From positions 3,762,641 to 3,826,640 of the forward strand of contig OZ244893.1 in assembly GCA_965221485.1 (NCBI GenBank): DNA of 64,000 nucleotides, given 5' to 3'. Made by a program: the position numbers and the translations under genes. The notes under the pieces are model-generated. The model was given only the letters and a program-made list of their open reading frames with translations. It had not been told where the DNA came from and ran no database searches. Of the stretch, positions 50,485 through 60,092 are shown in pieces. Numbering within the stretch: the first letter of the stretch is position 1; the number at the start of each line of letters is the position of its first letter. The DNA is from Alphaproteobacteria bacterium. Its GTDB lineage: Bacteria; Pseudomonadota; Alphaproteobacteria; MPNO01; UBA830.

Positions 50485-51339
50485 ATGCAGGGATCATTGC
50501 CCGATGATATCGAAAAGATCCTCGATGGAGCGTTGAACCTGACAGCGGAAGAAGAGCGTGCGCTGTTTTCCCGCATGCATGACGGTGACGGCGATGCCCG
50601 CGAACGCCTGCTGCTCAGCCAGTTCCGAAGCGTCGTTTGGATGGCCCGCCGATACCGGCGGCGTGGTTGCACTTTGCCGGATCTGATACAGGAGGGCGTG
50701 GTCGGTCTCCTCGAAGCTATAAACCGCTTCAACCCGGACCGCGGACTGAGGTTGTCGACCTTTGCCACATGGTGGATCCGTGCTTCCATACAGGATTACG
50801 TGATCCGATCCTGTTCCATCGTTCGCGTCGCCACAACCCCGCGGCATCGTGCCATGTTTTTCAGCTGTCTTCCTGGCGAAGAGGAGGGCGACAGCGGCGA
50901 GCCCGTTGGCCATTGGCTGGCGCAACGGTTCCAGACGACGATCGAGGATGTTCGCGCGTTCTCTGCCAGAATGCGTCACACGGACCAGTCGCTGGACACC
51001 GGGTCGGTGCCCGGCCGTCAGGCATGCGAGGCCCTTCCTGACAGGACCTCTGATCCCGAGCATCAACTGGCGTCCCGACGAACCCGCGCGGATCTCATCC
51101 GATGGTTGCGTGAAACCTTGCCCGGCCTCACGAAACGTGAACGCCACGTGTTGCGCCGCCGGTTTGTGTCGGGACAGCGCGAGAGCTTCGCGAAAATAGC
51201 CGACGATCTCAGCCTGTCACGAGAACGCGTCCGCCAGGTTGAGGCCGAATTGCTGCGCAAGCTGCGAAGCCGGGTTGACCTGCTGCCCGATCACGATCTT
51301 CGTGGCGGGGAGTTCACGGAAATGTTTAGTCGCGGTTAA
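50485..51339 (+). CDS. Second sigma-32-like factor (divergent RpoH2-type)
   Basis: DLIQEG.VGLLEA..RF.P.RG.RLSTFATWWIRASIQDY; region 4.2 LSRERVRQVE. Confidence 0.85.
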   Translation: MQGSLPDDIEKILDGALNLTAEEERALFSRMHDGDGDARERLLLSQFRSVVWMARRYRRRGCTLPDLIQEGVVGLLEAINRFNPDRGLRLSTFATWWIRASIQDYVIRSCSIVRVATTPRHRAMFFSCLPGEEEGDSGEPVGHWLAQRFQTTIEDVRAFSARMRHTDQSLDTGSVPGRQACEALPDRTSDPEHQLASRRTRADLIRWLRETLPGLTKRERHVLRRRFVSGQRESFAKIADDLSLSRERVRQVEAELLRKLRSRVDLLPDHDLRGGEFTEMFSRG

Positions 51340-52166
51340 CCCGCCAGTTCCCGTGACCGCCGGGTTGCTGCCGCCACCGCTCGATCCATCAGGGTGGTGA
51401 GGCCATCATCAGCCATCAAAACCTCAAGCGCAGCCTGAGTGGTTCCGCCGGGACTGGTGACATTGCGACGCAGGACATCAGGGCTGGTATCGGACAGTCG
51501 GGCCAGTTCTCCGGCGCCTGCGACCGTGGACAGGGCGAGGCGCCTGGATATCTCCTGCGGCAAGCCCTGGGCAACACCGGCTTTCGCAAGGCTCTCGATC
51601 AACAGGAATACATAGGCTGGACCGCTGCCCGAAACTGCTGTGACGGGGTCAATCAAGGACTCATTTTCCACCCATACGGCTTCTCCAACGGCTTCAAGAA
51701 GCCCCTGGCAGACCGAGCGTTGTTCACGAGTGACCCGACGGTTCGCGCAGGCAGCGCTGATACCGCGGCCGATAGCGGCGGGTGTGTTCGGCATCGTTCG
51801 GACAATGCTGACATCATTTCCGAGGCGGGACTCGAAAAATGAGATGGAGCAGCCCGCGGCAATCGACACAACCACTGTCTGGTCCCCGATCCTTTCACGG
51901 TATTCCGGAACAACGTTTTCCAGTTCTTGCGGCTTGACTGCAAACATAAGCACATCGCAGGAACGGGACGACGGAAGATCAGCGGGGTCTTCTACGACCT
52001 GGACACCAGTGGTCTTGCGAATCGATCGGGCGATAGATGAGGCGGGTTCGACGACTGTCACCTGCTCCGCCGGCTGGCCCCGGGCCAGCCAGCCTTTAAG
52101 CAGGGCGCCGCCCATCTTGCCACATCCCACAAGAACAATTGACGGATGCGTGGGCTCACCCGTCAT
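51336..52166 (-). CDS. proC: Pyrroline-5-carboxylate reductase
   Basis: GCGKMG, AVKPQ, RTMPNTP, SGSGPAY, VTSPGGTT. Confidence 0.96.
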   Translation of the reverse strand: MTGEPTHPSIVLVGCGKMGGALLKGWLARGQPAEQVTVVEPASSIARSIRKTTGVQVVEDPADLPSSRSCDVLMFAVKPQELENVVPEYRERIGDQTVVVSIAAGCSISFFESRLGNDVSIVRTMPNTPAAIGRGISAACANRRVTREQRSVCQGLLEAVGEAVWVENESLIDPVTAVSGSGPAYVFLLIESLAKAGVAQGLPQEISRRLALSTVAGAGELARLSDTSPDVLRRNVTSPGGTTQAALEVLMADDGLTTLMDRAVAAATRRSRELAG

Positions 52167-52171
52167 GGGGC

Positions 52172-52672
52172 TCAGGCCTCGCCTTGGGTCTCGATGACGG
52201 CTGAAAGGATGGCATCCTCGGGTGCCTGTCCGCCCCAGACGACAAACTGGAACGCCGGGTAATACCGCTCGCATTCATCCAGTGCGATCCTGATAACCGA
52301 TTCCAGATTCCCGGGTTCTAGCGCGCTGTCCTGCATCAGAACGGCGTGACGGAAAACCGGCATTCCGTTGTCCGACCACAAATCGAAATGGCCCAGAAAC
52401 AGGCGCTCATTGATGCCCGCCAACAGGGAGTGGATCCTCAGCGACTTGCCATCGGGAATCCGCATATCGAAAGCGCAGGCGAACAGGATGGCGTCGACAC
52501 CGGGATGTCTGGTGATGAACAGGCGATAATTACACCACTGACCCTGAATATCGAGAGCGATGTCCGCATCACCGTCGCGGTCATAGGACCATCCCCGGTT
52601 GAGGGCTATCTCCTCCACCTGATCTATGGGATCAGGGATCTCCTGGGCAAGTTCATCGGCCAAGAGTGTCAT
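52172..52672 (-). CDS. YbjN-domain (DUF1790) protein
   Basis: INERLFLGHFDLW, ECERYYPAFQFVVW; usual position upstream of proC. Confidence 0.85.
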   Translation of the reverse strand: MTLLADELAQEIPDPIDQVEEIALNRGWSYDRDGDADIALDIQGQWCNYRLFITRHPGVDAILFACAFDMRIPDGKSLRIHSLLAGINERLFLGHFDLWSDNGMPVFRHAVLMQDSALEPGNLESVIRIALDECERYYPAFQFVVWGGQAPEDAILSAVIETQGEA

Positions 52673-52945
52673 GATCGGCGCCTTCCCGTGCCTTGCTCGA
52701 CGCCATTCCCACAAAATCATGGGGGCGGGAACATCGAGACCACAACATCCAGAATGGCAGAACGGTTTTGCCGATACAACCGAAATTGACAGAATTTTAC
52801 CTGCTCACCACAAAATATTGTGGGCTGGTGCGAATCACCCTGGCTCTGTTTGTGGCCGCCCTTTCGGTATTGGCGCGGCCATTGGCAAATCCGGACCTTC
52901 GGCCGCAGTGCGTCCGGAGGCCGTATCGACAGCTGCGGCCTCGAG

Positions 52946-53326
52946 CTATCCGGCGTCCGTTTCGAGCCTCGAAATTCGCTCTTCAAGCTCGCCCTGGCGG
53001 ACTGCCAGCTGTTCCGCGGACTTTCTGATCGCGTCGAGCTCGTGACGCAACGCCGAAATCTCCGGGCCGGCGTTCACTGTTTCATTCAGCCTGTCTTCAA
53101 GCCCGGCGATGCGTCCGGTGATCTCTCCCTGCCCGTCTCGCGTATTGACTGCCATTTCCCTGAAGGCATTGAACTCGTCGCGGGTGACAAGATCCATTTC
53201 GGACAGGAGGCGGTCCATCTGATGCCGAACCATGTCCCTTGCTTCCCGGCGAAGTCCCGACAGCGTCCCCAATACGCCGCTGGCCATGACAGCGGCGTCG
53301 TCGAACATCCTTCTCCGATCCTGCAT
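52946..53326 (-). CDS. ubiK: UbiK/BMFP family coiled-coil protein
   Basis: MDLVTRDEF motif; divergent from lgt. Confidence 0.8.
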   Translation of the reverse strand: MQDRRRMFDDAAVMASGVLGTLSGLRREARDMVRHQMDRLLSEMDLVTRDEFNAFREMAVNTRDGQGEITGRIAGLEDRLNETVNAGPEISALRHELDAIRKSAEQLAVRQGELEERISRLETDAG

Positions 53327-53555
53327 AACATTCTCCTCCAGACTACAGGACACATAACCGCAAGCTTCGCTGACAAGACTCTCTTGAGCCGGAAGGAAGC
53401 CCGGTTCGTCAGCGAGCCCGGTAAAACCAGGGCTGTCAGGCAAGGCTGTGAGGGCCTGCCTTGCCCTCCATCGTCGGTGACACTATAACCGCGTTCCAAC
53501 GGCGATGGGGAGCCAGGAATGGTCCTTCAATTGGCGGCAATCCAGGACCGCGTCA

Positions 53556-54347
53556 ATGCTTGTTTTCCCCAATATTGATCCGGTCGCGATAGAAATTGGC
53601 CCCTTGGCCATTCGCTGGTATGCGCTCTCATACGTTGCCGGCATTCTTTTTGCGTGGCAATACATCCGCTGGCTGGCGGGAAAAACACCTGGAGGCCCAA
53701 CCCGCGCCGATGCCGATGATTTCATACTTTGGGCCACAATCGGCATCCTTTTTGGTGGGCGGCTGGGTTACATCCTGTTCTACAAGGCCGGCTACTACAT
53801 TGAAAACCCTCTCGAAGTCCTTGCGTTGTGGCAAGGGGGGATGTCATTTCACGGCGGTTTTCTCGGCGTGGTTGCGGCCCTTTTCCTGTTTGCGTGGCGG
53901 CGTGGCTATCACTGGCTGACCCTGGCAGATCTTTCAGCCTGCGCAACGCCGGTCGGCTTGTTTCTTGGACGCAGCGCAAACTTTGTCAATGGCGAACTCT
54001 ATGGAAGAGTCACCGAGTCTCCTCTCGGGATGGTTTTTCCTGGTGCCGGACCGTTGCCGCGTCATCCCAGCCAGCTTTACGAGGCGGTCCTGGAAGGCGC
54101 TCTCCTGTTTGTCATCCTGTTGTGGCTGGCAACCCGGGGACAGATGCTCGAGCGACGCGGCTGCCTCGCCGGCGTCTTTATCACCGGATACGGTCTGTCG
54201 CGCATCATCGTGGAAGCCTTCAGGGAACCGGATGCTCACATCGGATTCCTTACGTTCGGTACGACGATGGGGCAATGGCTCTCTGTCCCCATGGTCCTTT
54301 TCGGTCTTTGGCTCATCGTGACCGCGCGCCGTCATGACACCGCTTGA
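53556..54347 (+). CDS. lgt: Prolipoprotein diacylglyceryl transferase
   Basis: IRWYALSY, GGMSFHGG, NFVNGELYGR, HPSQLYEA. Confidence 0.97.
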   Translation: MLVFPNIDPVAIEIGPLAIRWYALSYVAGILFAWQYIRWLAGKTPGGPTRADADDFILWATIGILFGGRLGYILFYKAGYYIENPLEVLALWQGGMSFHGGFLGVVAALFLFAWRRGYHWLTLADLSACATPVGLFLGRSANFVNGELYGRVTESPLGMVFPGAGPLPRHPSQLYEAVLEGALLFVILLWLATRGQMLERRGCLAGVFITGYGLSRIIVEAFREPDAHIGFLTFGTTMGQWLSVPMVLFGLWLIVTARRHDTA

Positions 54348-55410
54348 ACGGCTGATCCGAGAAAAGATCGTCGCCGAGGGGCCCATGACTGTCGCCGACT
54401 TCATGAGTCTGACATCGAACCATCCCGAATACGGGTATTACATGTCTGGCGATCCGCTTGGCCGGCAGGGCGACTTCACGACCGCACCCGAGATCAGCCA
54501 GGTGTTCGGAGAACTGATCGGTCTTTGGGTCTGTGTGGCATGGCAGCAGATGGATCACCCCGATCCGGTGCATCTGGTTGAGTGTGGACCGGGGCGCGGA
54601 ACCCTTATGCAAGATCTGCTGAGGGCGTCCAACGGGGTGGCCGGATTCCGTGATGCCGCAAGGCTTCACCTCGTGGAAACCAGTTCCGCACTGAGAACGG
54701 TTCAGCAGCGTGCGCTACGCGGGATAAATGCCCATTGGCACGATTCGATTGGAACGCTGCCACCCGGGCCCATGATACTGATCGCCAATGAATTTCTGGA
54801 TGCGCTTCCGGTGCGGCAGCTGGTTCGGGTCGCCAACGGTTGGGTGGAGAGGCGGGTCGCTACTCTCGGTAATAGCCTGGTCTTTCTGACTCCTGACTGC
54901 CCCGATGCCGGCTTGGCGGTTCCTGAAAGCATACGATCAGCACCGTCAGGAGCCATATTCGAGACGTCTCCGCAAAGAGAAAGGATCGGATGCCTGATTG
55001 GTCGCAGACTTGCCTCCGAGAAAGGAATTGCGCTTTTTTCCGATTATGGTCACGACCGTTCAGCGACAGGTGAGACACTCCAGGCTGTGTGTCGGCACAG
55101 ATCGGTCGCGCCGCTGTCAGAAGCCGGAAAAGCGGACCTGAGCGCTCACGTGGATTTCGAGGCATTCGGACGACAGGTTGAAGCCTGCGGAGCCGCGGTC
55201 CATGGCCCCGTTACCCAACGCAGATTCCTTCGGGCCCTCGGGATCGAAGCAAGGACGGCTCGGCTGGAGAAGGCTGCCGCTGACCGGGCACAGCAGATAC
55301 GCCGTGCATCGAAACGCCTGATCGATCCGGGACAGATGGGCACTCTTTTCAAGGTACTCGTGGCAACCTCGCCCGACCTTGCAGTGCCGGCCGGGTTCGA
55401 AGGATGCTGA
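54334..55410 (+). CDS. SAM-dependent methyltransferase, MidA/NDUFAF7 family
   Basis: GDFTTAPEISQVFGE, ECGPGRGTL, ANEFLDALP, DYG. Confidence 0.92.
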   Translation: MTPLERLIREKIVAEGPMTVADFMSLTSNHPEYGYYMSGDPLGRQGDFTTAPEISQVFGELIGLWVCVAWQQMDHPDPVHLVECGPGRGTLMQDLLRASNGVAGFRDAARLHLVETSSALRTVQQRALRGINAHWHDSIGTLPPGPMILIANEFLDALPVRQLVRVANGWVERRVATLGNSLVFLTPDCPDAGLAVPESIRSAPSGAIFETSPQRERIGCLIGRRLASEKGIALFSDYGHDRSATGETLQAVCRHRSVAPLSEAGKADLSAHVDFEAFGRQVEACGAAVHGPVTQRRFLRALGIEARTARLEKAAADRAQQIRRASKRLIDPGQMGTLFKVLVATSPDLAVPAGFEGC

Positions 55411-56174
55411 CCTCGTCCTGTCTCGACGGGCTGGATGGTATCCGCCACGCCTTTTTTTCCCGCCAGGGTGGTGTCAGCCGTGGTGATTTCGCTTCTCTCA
55501 ACTGCGGTAACCGGACCGCTGACCAGCCCGGGAACATTCGGGAAAACCGGCGCCGCGCCGCAGCCGTCCTCCACCTGGAAGCCGATGCTCTTGTGACTGT
55601 TCGTCAGGTGCACGGGAATCGTGTTGTTCCGATACTCCAACGCCCCGATCCGTCTGTTGCGCGACCCGATGCCGACGGAATGGTCACCAACCGTACCGGA
55701 CTGCTTCTTGGTATTCTCACCGCCGACTGCGCGCCGGTCCTGCTTGCCGATGAGCGACGTGGCGTCGTCGGGGCTGCGCATGCGGGATGGCGCGGGGCGC
55801 TTCGCGGCATAGTGGAGGAAACGGTCAGGGCGATGACCGCGCTTGGTGCGGAAAGCTCCACGATCCGCGCAGCGATCGGGCCTTGCATTGCGCAATCAAG
55901 CTATCAGGTGGGGGCAGACATGAGAAACCAGTTTGTCAACGCTGAGTCCGGCAGCTGCCGTTATTTTCTCGATGACGAGGAAGAGGAACGGTACCGTTTC
56001 GACCTCCGGGGCTATGTCGCTGCGCGGCTGGCCCGGGCCGGCGTGCGACGCATCGACATGCTCGACCATGATACCTACCGGGAAGACTCTCTGTTCTTCA
56101 GCTACCGCCGCTCCAGCCATCGCAACCAGGCCGGTTTTGGTCTGGGACTTTCTGCGATCGCGTTGAACGGTTAG
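55404..56174 (+). CDS. pgeF: YfiH/PgeF family (FAMIN-like) protein
   Basis: QVHG, TADCAPVL, HAGWRG, FFSYRR. Confidence 0.92.
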   Translation: MLTSSCLDGLDGIRHAFFSRQGGVSRGDFASLNCGNRTADQPGNIRENRRRAAAVLHLEADALVTVRQVHGNRVVPILQRPDPSVARPDADGMVTNRTGLLLGILTADCAPVLLADERRGVVGAAHAGWRGALRGIVEETVRAMTALGAESSTIRAAIGPCIAQSSYQVGADMRNQFVNAESGSCRYFLDDEEEERYRFDLRGYVAARLARAGVRRIDMLDHDTYREDSLFFSYRRSSHRNQAGFGLGLSAIALNG

Positions 56175-56414
56175 GGCGGGAGCAACCGGTGCCTCACCTG
56201 ATCCTGTTTCTGACAGCCCTGTGCATTGGACTGTTGGCCAGTTGTGTGATCTAGCAGCGGACGAGGCTGGATCTGAAGCACCGTCGAACGGGATATTTAC
56301 TATGGGACCGGCGGCTGGTAGTTTCCTCTCCCAGATCCGATCCGGAAAGATCGCCGACCTTCGAGTACCAACCGCCAGAAACGGACCGGCACCACCGGGA
56401 AACCAGCGGGGGCA

Positions 56415-57356
56415 ATGTCGCGCATGAGAATCATCGCGGGCAATAGCAATCATCCTTTGTCCGAAGCCATTGCAGCCTATCTCAACATACCGCTCACCAA
56501 GGCCAGCCTCAGGCGATTTGCCGACATGGAGTGTTTCGTTGAAATTCAGGAAAATGTGCGTGGCGAGGATGTTTTCATCATCCAGTCCACGTCCTATCCG
56601 GCCAACGACAATCTGATGGAGCTTCTGGTAGCGCTTGATGCGGCAAGACGGGGCTCGGCAAGTCGAATTACAGCCGTTGTTCCCTATTTCGGCTATGCCA
56701 GACAGGATCGGAAGTCGGGGCCAAGGACACCAATTTCCGCCAAGCTGGTGGCAAATCTGATTACAGTGGCAGGTGCGGACAGGGTCCTCACGATGGACCT
56801 TCATGCCGGGCAGATCCAGGGATTTTTCGATATTCCTCTCGACAACCTGTTCGCTGCACCGGTGTTCATCCGGCACATCGAGGAGAACTTCGACAGGGAG
56901 AAACTGGTTCTGGTTTCGCCTGACGTGGGTGGCGTTGTCCGGGCCCGCGCCTTTGCCAAGCGCCTCAATTCTGTCCTTGCGATCATTGACAAGCGCCGGG
57001 AAAGCGCCGGATTGTCCGAAGTCATGCATGTGATTGGTGATGTTCGTGATCGCACCTGTATCCTTGTCGATGATATCGTGGATTCCGGCGGCACACTCTG
57101 TAATGCGGCCGAAGCCCTGATGGAGACCGGCGCGAGTTCGGTACATGCCTACATCACCCACGGGGTGTTGTCCGGGGGTGCCGTCAGTCGAATCGCGTCA
57201 TCGCCTCTCGAAACCATGACCATTACGGATTCCATCCTTGGGACCGAGGCGGTTCGGGTGGCCAGCAATGTCCAGCAGCTGTCTGTGGCACCGCTCATGG
57301 CCGAGGCGATTGAACGCATCAGCGACTCGAGGTCGGTGTCGAGTCTGTTTGACTAG
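56415..57356 (+). CDS. prs: Ribose-phosphate pyrophosphokinase
   Basis: [32 protein letters not shown]. Confidence 0.98.
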   Translation: MSRMRIIAGNSNHPLSEAIAAYLNIPLTKASLRRFADMECFVEIQENVRGEDVFIIQSTSYPANDNLMELLVALDAARRGSASRITAVVPYFGYARQDRKSGPRTPISAKLVANLITVAGADRVLTMDLHAGQIQGFFDIPLDNLFAAPVFIRHIEENFDREKLVLVSPDVGGVVRARAFAKRLNSVLAIIDKRRESAGLSEVMHVIGDVRDRTCILVDDIVDSGGTLCNAAEALMETGASSVHAYITHGVLSGGAVSRIASSPLETMTITDSILGTEAVRVASNVQQLSVAPLMAEAIERISDSRSVSSLFD

Positions 57357-57488
57357 ACGGCTGCCACTCGCTAAAACCCCGCGCTTTGCAGATCCGCCCC
57401 ACATGTTTCGCGGCCGTACGCCGTTGCGGCCTCGCCTTCGTGGAGGGCACCGTGAAAAACCGGTGCGTTCAGTCACAGGAGACAAGCC

Positions 57489-58130
57489 ATGGCCGATGTC
57501 GCGGTAATGACCGCCACGATGAGGAACAGTTCGGGCAAGGGGCCGGCCCGTCGGGCCCGACGGGACGGTCAGGTGCCCGGAATCATATACGGCAACCGGG
57601 AAGAACCGATGATGCTGACGCTGGAATACCGCCGGCTCGTGAAGGCCCTGGGGGATAACCGGTTCTTTATCCGCCTTCTCGATCTTGAAGTGGATGGAAA
57701 AAAGCATCGGGTCCTGCCTCGTGAAATCCAGTTTCACCCGGTTTCGGATGCGCCGATCCACATCGACTTTCTGCGCTTCGACCCGAGCCGGAAAATACCG
57801 GTCGCTGTGCCGGTTCGTTTTGACGGAGAAAGGGAAAGCCCTGGCATTCGCAGGGGCGGTATGCTCAATATCGTGCGTTATGATGTCGAGGTGCTGTGCA
57901 CAGCCGACAGAATTCCCTCGGAACTGGAAATTGACGTTTCGGAGCTGGAAATCGGAGATTCGGTTCATGCCAGCAGCATCACCTTGCCGGCCGGCGTGGA
58001 ATTCGTGATTACCGACCGGGACTTTACGGTTGCGACCGTGGCGGCTCCGACCGTGATTGCTGACGAAGAGGAAGGCGAAGAAGTAGAAGACGAGGACGAA
58101 GCAGACGCCGAAGATGAGAACCTCGATTGA
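57489..58130 (+). CDS. rplY: 50S ribosomal protein L25/Ctc
   Basis: GKGPARRARR...VPGIIYG, HIDF, acidic tail. Confidence 0.96.
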   Translation: MADVAVMTATMRNSSGKGPARRARRDGQVPGIIYGNREEPMMLTLEYRRLVKALGDNRFFIRLLDLEVDGKKHRVLPREIQFHPVSDAPIHIDFLRFDPSRKIPVAVPVRFDGERESPGIRRGGMLNIVRYDVEVLCTADRIPSELEIDVSELEIGDSVHASSITLPAGVEFVITDRDFTVATVAAPTVIADEEEGEEVEDEDEADAEDENLD

Positions 58131-58168
58131 CGTAGGGTGTCATCCCAGGGGGGCCGCTGGCCGGATCC

Positions 58169-58777
58169 ATGATTCTTGTCGCGGGTCTCGGCAATCCGGG
58201 ACCAAAATACGCCAACCATCGGCATAACGTCGGCTTCAGGGTTGTAGACAGGATCATTGCCACATGCGGTCTGACCCTGCGCCAGTCCAGACATCACTCC
58301 TATGTCGCTACGGGCCGGATTGCCGGGGAAAGACTCCTGGTGCTCAAGCCGAAGACATTCATGAATGACTCCGGGCGGGCCCTTGGTTCGGCTCTTCGGT
58401 ATCACAAACTCAAGCCGGGCCAGGTCATTGTGATCTATGACGAGCTGGATCTTGCCCTGGGCAAGGTTCGGGTCAGGACCGGGGGCGGCCATGCCGGCCA
58501 CAACGGTATTCGCAGTATCGTTTCCCATATCGGACCGGACTTCCGGCGGATGCGGGTCGGGATCGGTCACCCCGGTGACAAGCGAAGGGTCCATCGTTAT
58601 GTCCTGTCTGATTTCTCCCGCGTTCAGGCCGAACAGATTGATCGTACAATCAGCGCCATCGTCGAGAGTCTGCCCATCCTGATCGGTGGGGACGCTCCCG
58701 GTTTCATGTCTCGAGTGGCCTATCTGGCACCCCCTGCCGGCCCCAAAGAGACAGCAGACGGGCCACAGCAACGGTAA
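58169..58777 (+). CDS. pth: Peptidyl-tRNA hydrolase
   Basis: GLGNPG..Y..HRHNVGF, GHNGIRS. Confidence 0.97.
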   Translation: MILVAGLGNPGPKYANHRHNVGFRVVDRIIATCGLTLRQSRHHSYVATGRIAGERLLVLKPKTFMNDSGRALGSALRYHKLKPGQVIVIYDELDLALGKVRVRTGGGHAGHNGIRSIVSHIGPDFRRMRVGIGHPGDKRRVHRYVLSDFSRVQAEQIDRTISAIVESLPILIGGDAPGFMSRVAYLAPPAGPKETADGPQQR

Positions 58778-59874
58778 TGGGGTTTCGGTGCGGTATCGTC
58801 GGGTTGCCGAATGTTGGCAAGTCGACACTCTTCAATGCCTTGACAGCGACCGCCGCGGCCGAGGTGGCCAACTACGCTTTCTGCACTGTCGAGCCAAATT
58901 CCGGGCGGGTGGCCGTTCCTGACAGCCGGCTTGACCAGATTTCGGCTGTGGCAGGATCCCCCGTCTGTACGCCGGCGCAGCTTGAGTTTGTTGATATTGC
59001 CGGACTTGTGTCGGGTGCCAGTCGGGGTGAGGGGTTGGGAAACCAGTTTCTGGGTCACGTGCGTGAGGTTGATGCCATCGCGCATGTGTTGCGTTGTTTT
59101 TCCGGTGACGAAGTGACGCATGTGTCCGGTCAGGTTGATCCCCTTTCGGACGCGGCGATCGTGGAAACCGAGCTCATGCTGGCTGATCTGCAGAGCCTGG
59201 AGCGACGCCGGGATCCATTGATCAAGCGGGCACGGGGTGGTGACGCGGAGGCATCGGCAATGCTTGATTTGCTGGAGCGGGTCTCGGCATTGCTTGAAGA
59301 TGGGCGGCCGGCACGGGACCTCCCTGTTGCTGCAGAGGAGCGGCTCCTGTTTCGCACGATGCAGCTTCTGACCGCGATTCCGATAATGTATGTCTGCAAC
59401 GTTGAGGAAACTTCGCCTAAAGGCAACAGTTTGTCAGAACAGGTTGTCGGCATGGCCGGGCAACAGGGCACGGCTTGCGTTGTCATTTCTGCTGCCATCG
59501 AGGCGGAGATCGCACAGTTGGAGGATGAGCAGGACAAGAGCGCCTTTCTCGATAGCCTCGGCCTTGCGCATACAGGACTGCAGCGTCTGATCCGGGCAGG
59601 CTATGAACTGCTTGACCTGATAACATGGTTTTCGGCCGGTCCCAGGGAAACGCGTGCCTGGACGATCAAGAGAGGCGCGACGGCAGTCGAAGCGGCGGCC
59701 GGGGTTCACACAGACATGTCTCGGGGTTTCATCTGTGCGGAAGTGATCACCTGTACGGATTTCGTCAGCCATGGTGGGGAGCAGGGTGCGAAGGAGGCGG
59801 GCCGGATGCGCCAGGAGGGAAAAGGCTATCCGGTCGCGGACGGTGACATCATCCGGTTTCGATTCAACGTTTGA
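58777..59874 (+). CDS. ychF: Redox-regulated ATPase YchF
   Basis: GLPNVGKSTLFNALT, DIAGLV, GDIIRFRFNV. Confidence 0.97.
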   Translation: MGFRCGIVGLPNVGKSTLFNALTATAAAEVANYAFCTVEPNSGRVAVPDSRLDQISAVAGSPVCTPAQLEFVDIAGLVSGASRGEGLGNQFLGHVREVDAIAHVLRCFSGDEVTHVSGQVDPLSDAAIVETELMLADLQSLERRRDPLIKRARGGDAEASAMLDLLERVSALLEDGRPARDLPVAAEERLLFRTMQLLTAIPIMYVCNVEETSPKGNSLSEQVVGMAGQQGTACVVISAAIEAEIAQLEDEQDKSAFLDSLGLAHTGLQRLIRAGYELLDLITWFSAGPRETRAWTIKRGATAVEAAAGVHTDMSRGFICAEVITCTDFVSHGGEQGAKEAGRMRQEGKGYPVADGDIIRFRFNV

Positions 59875-59900
59875 TTCCGCTTTGCCTGAGGTCTTTCCGG

Positions 59901-59944
59901 AGGGCCAGGGCCAGGGCCAGGGCCAGGGCCAGGGCCAGGGCCAG
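59901..59944. repeat. Hexanucleotide tandem repeat (AGGGCC)7 plus AG
   Basis: Seven perfect copies read directly from the sequence. Confidence 0.97.
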
Positions 59945-60092
59945 CGTTCCACACCCCGGAGAGGTGTCAACCCATTGATGTGCCGTTCGGGGCTTCAGAA
60001 AATCCGTAATTTTCACACCCAGGAGCGAATAGGGATGACGTTTGGGGCAACAGGGCCCATATTGCAGCCATAGACAATTCCGGAAGACCATC

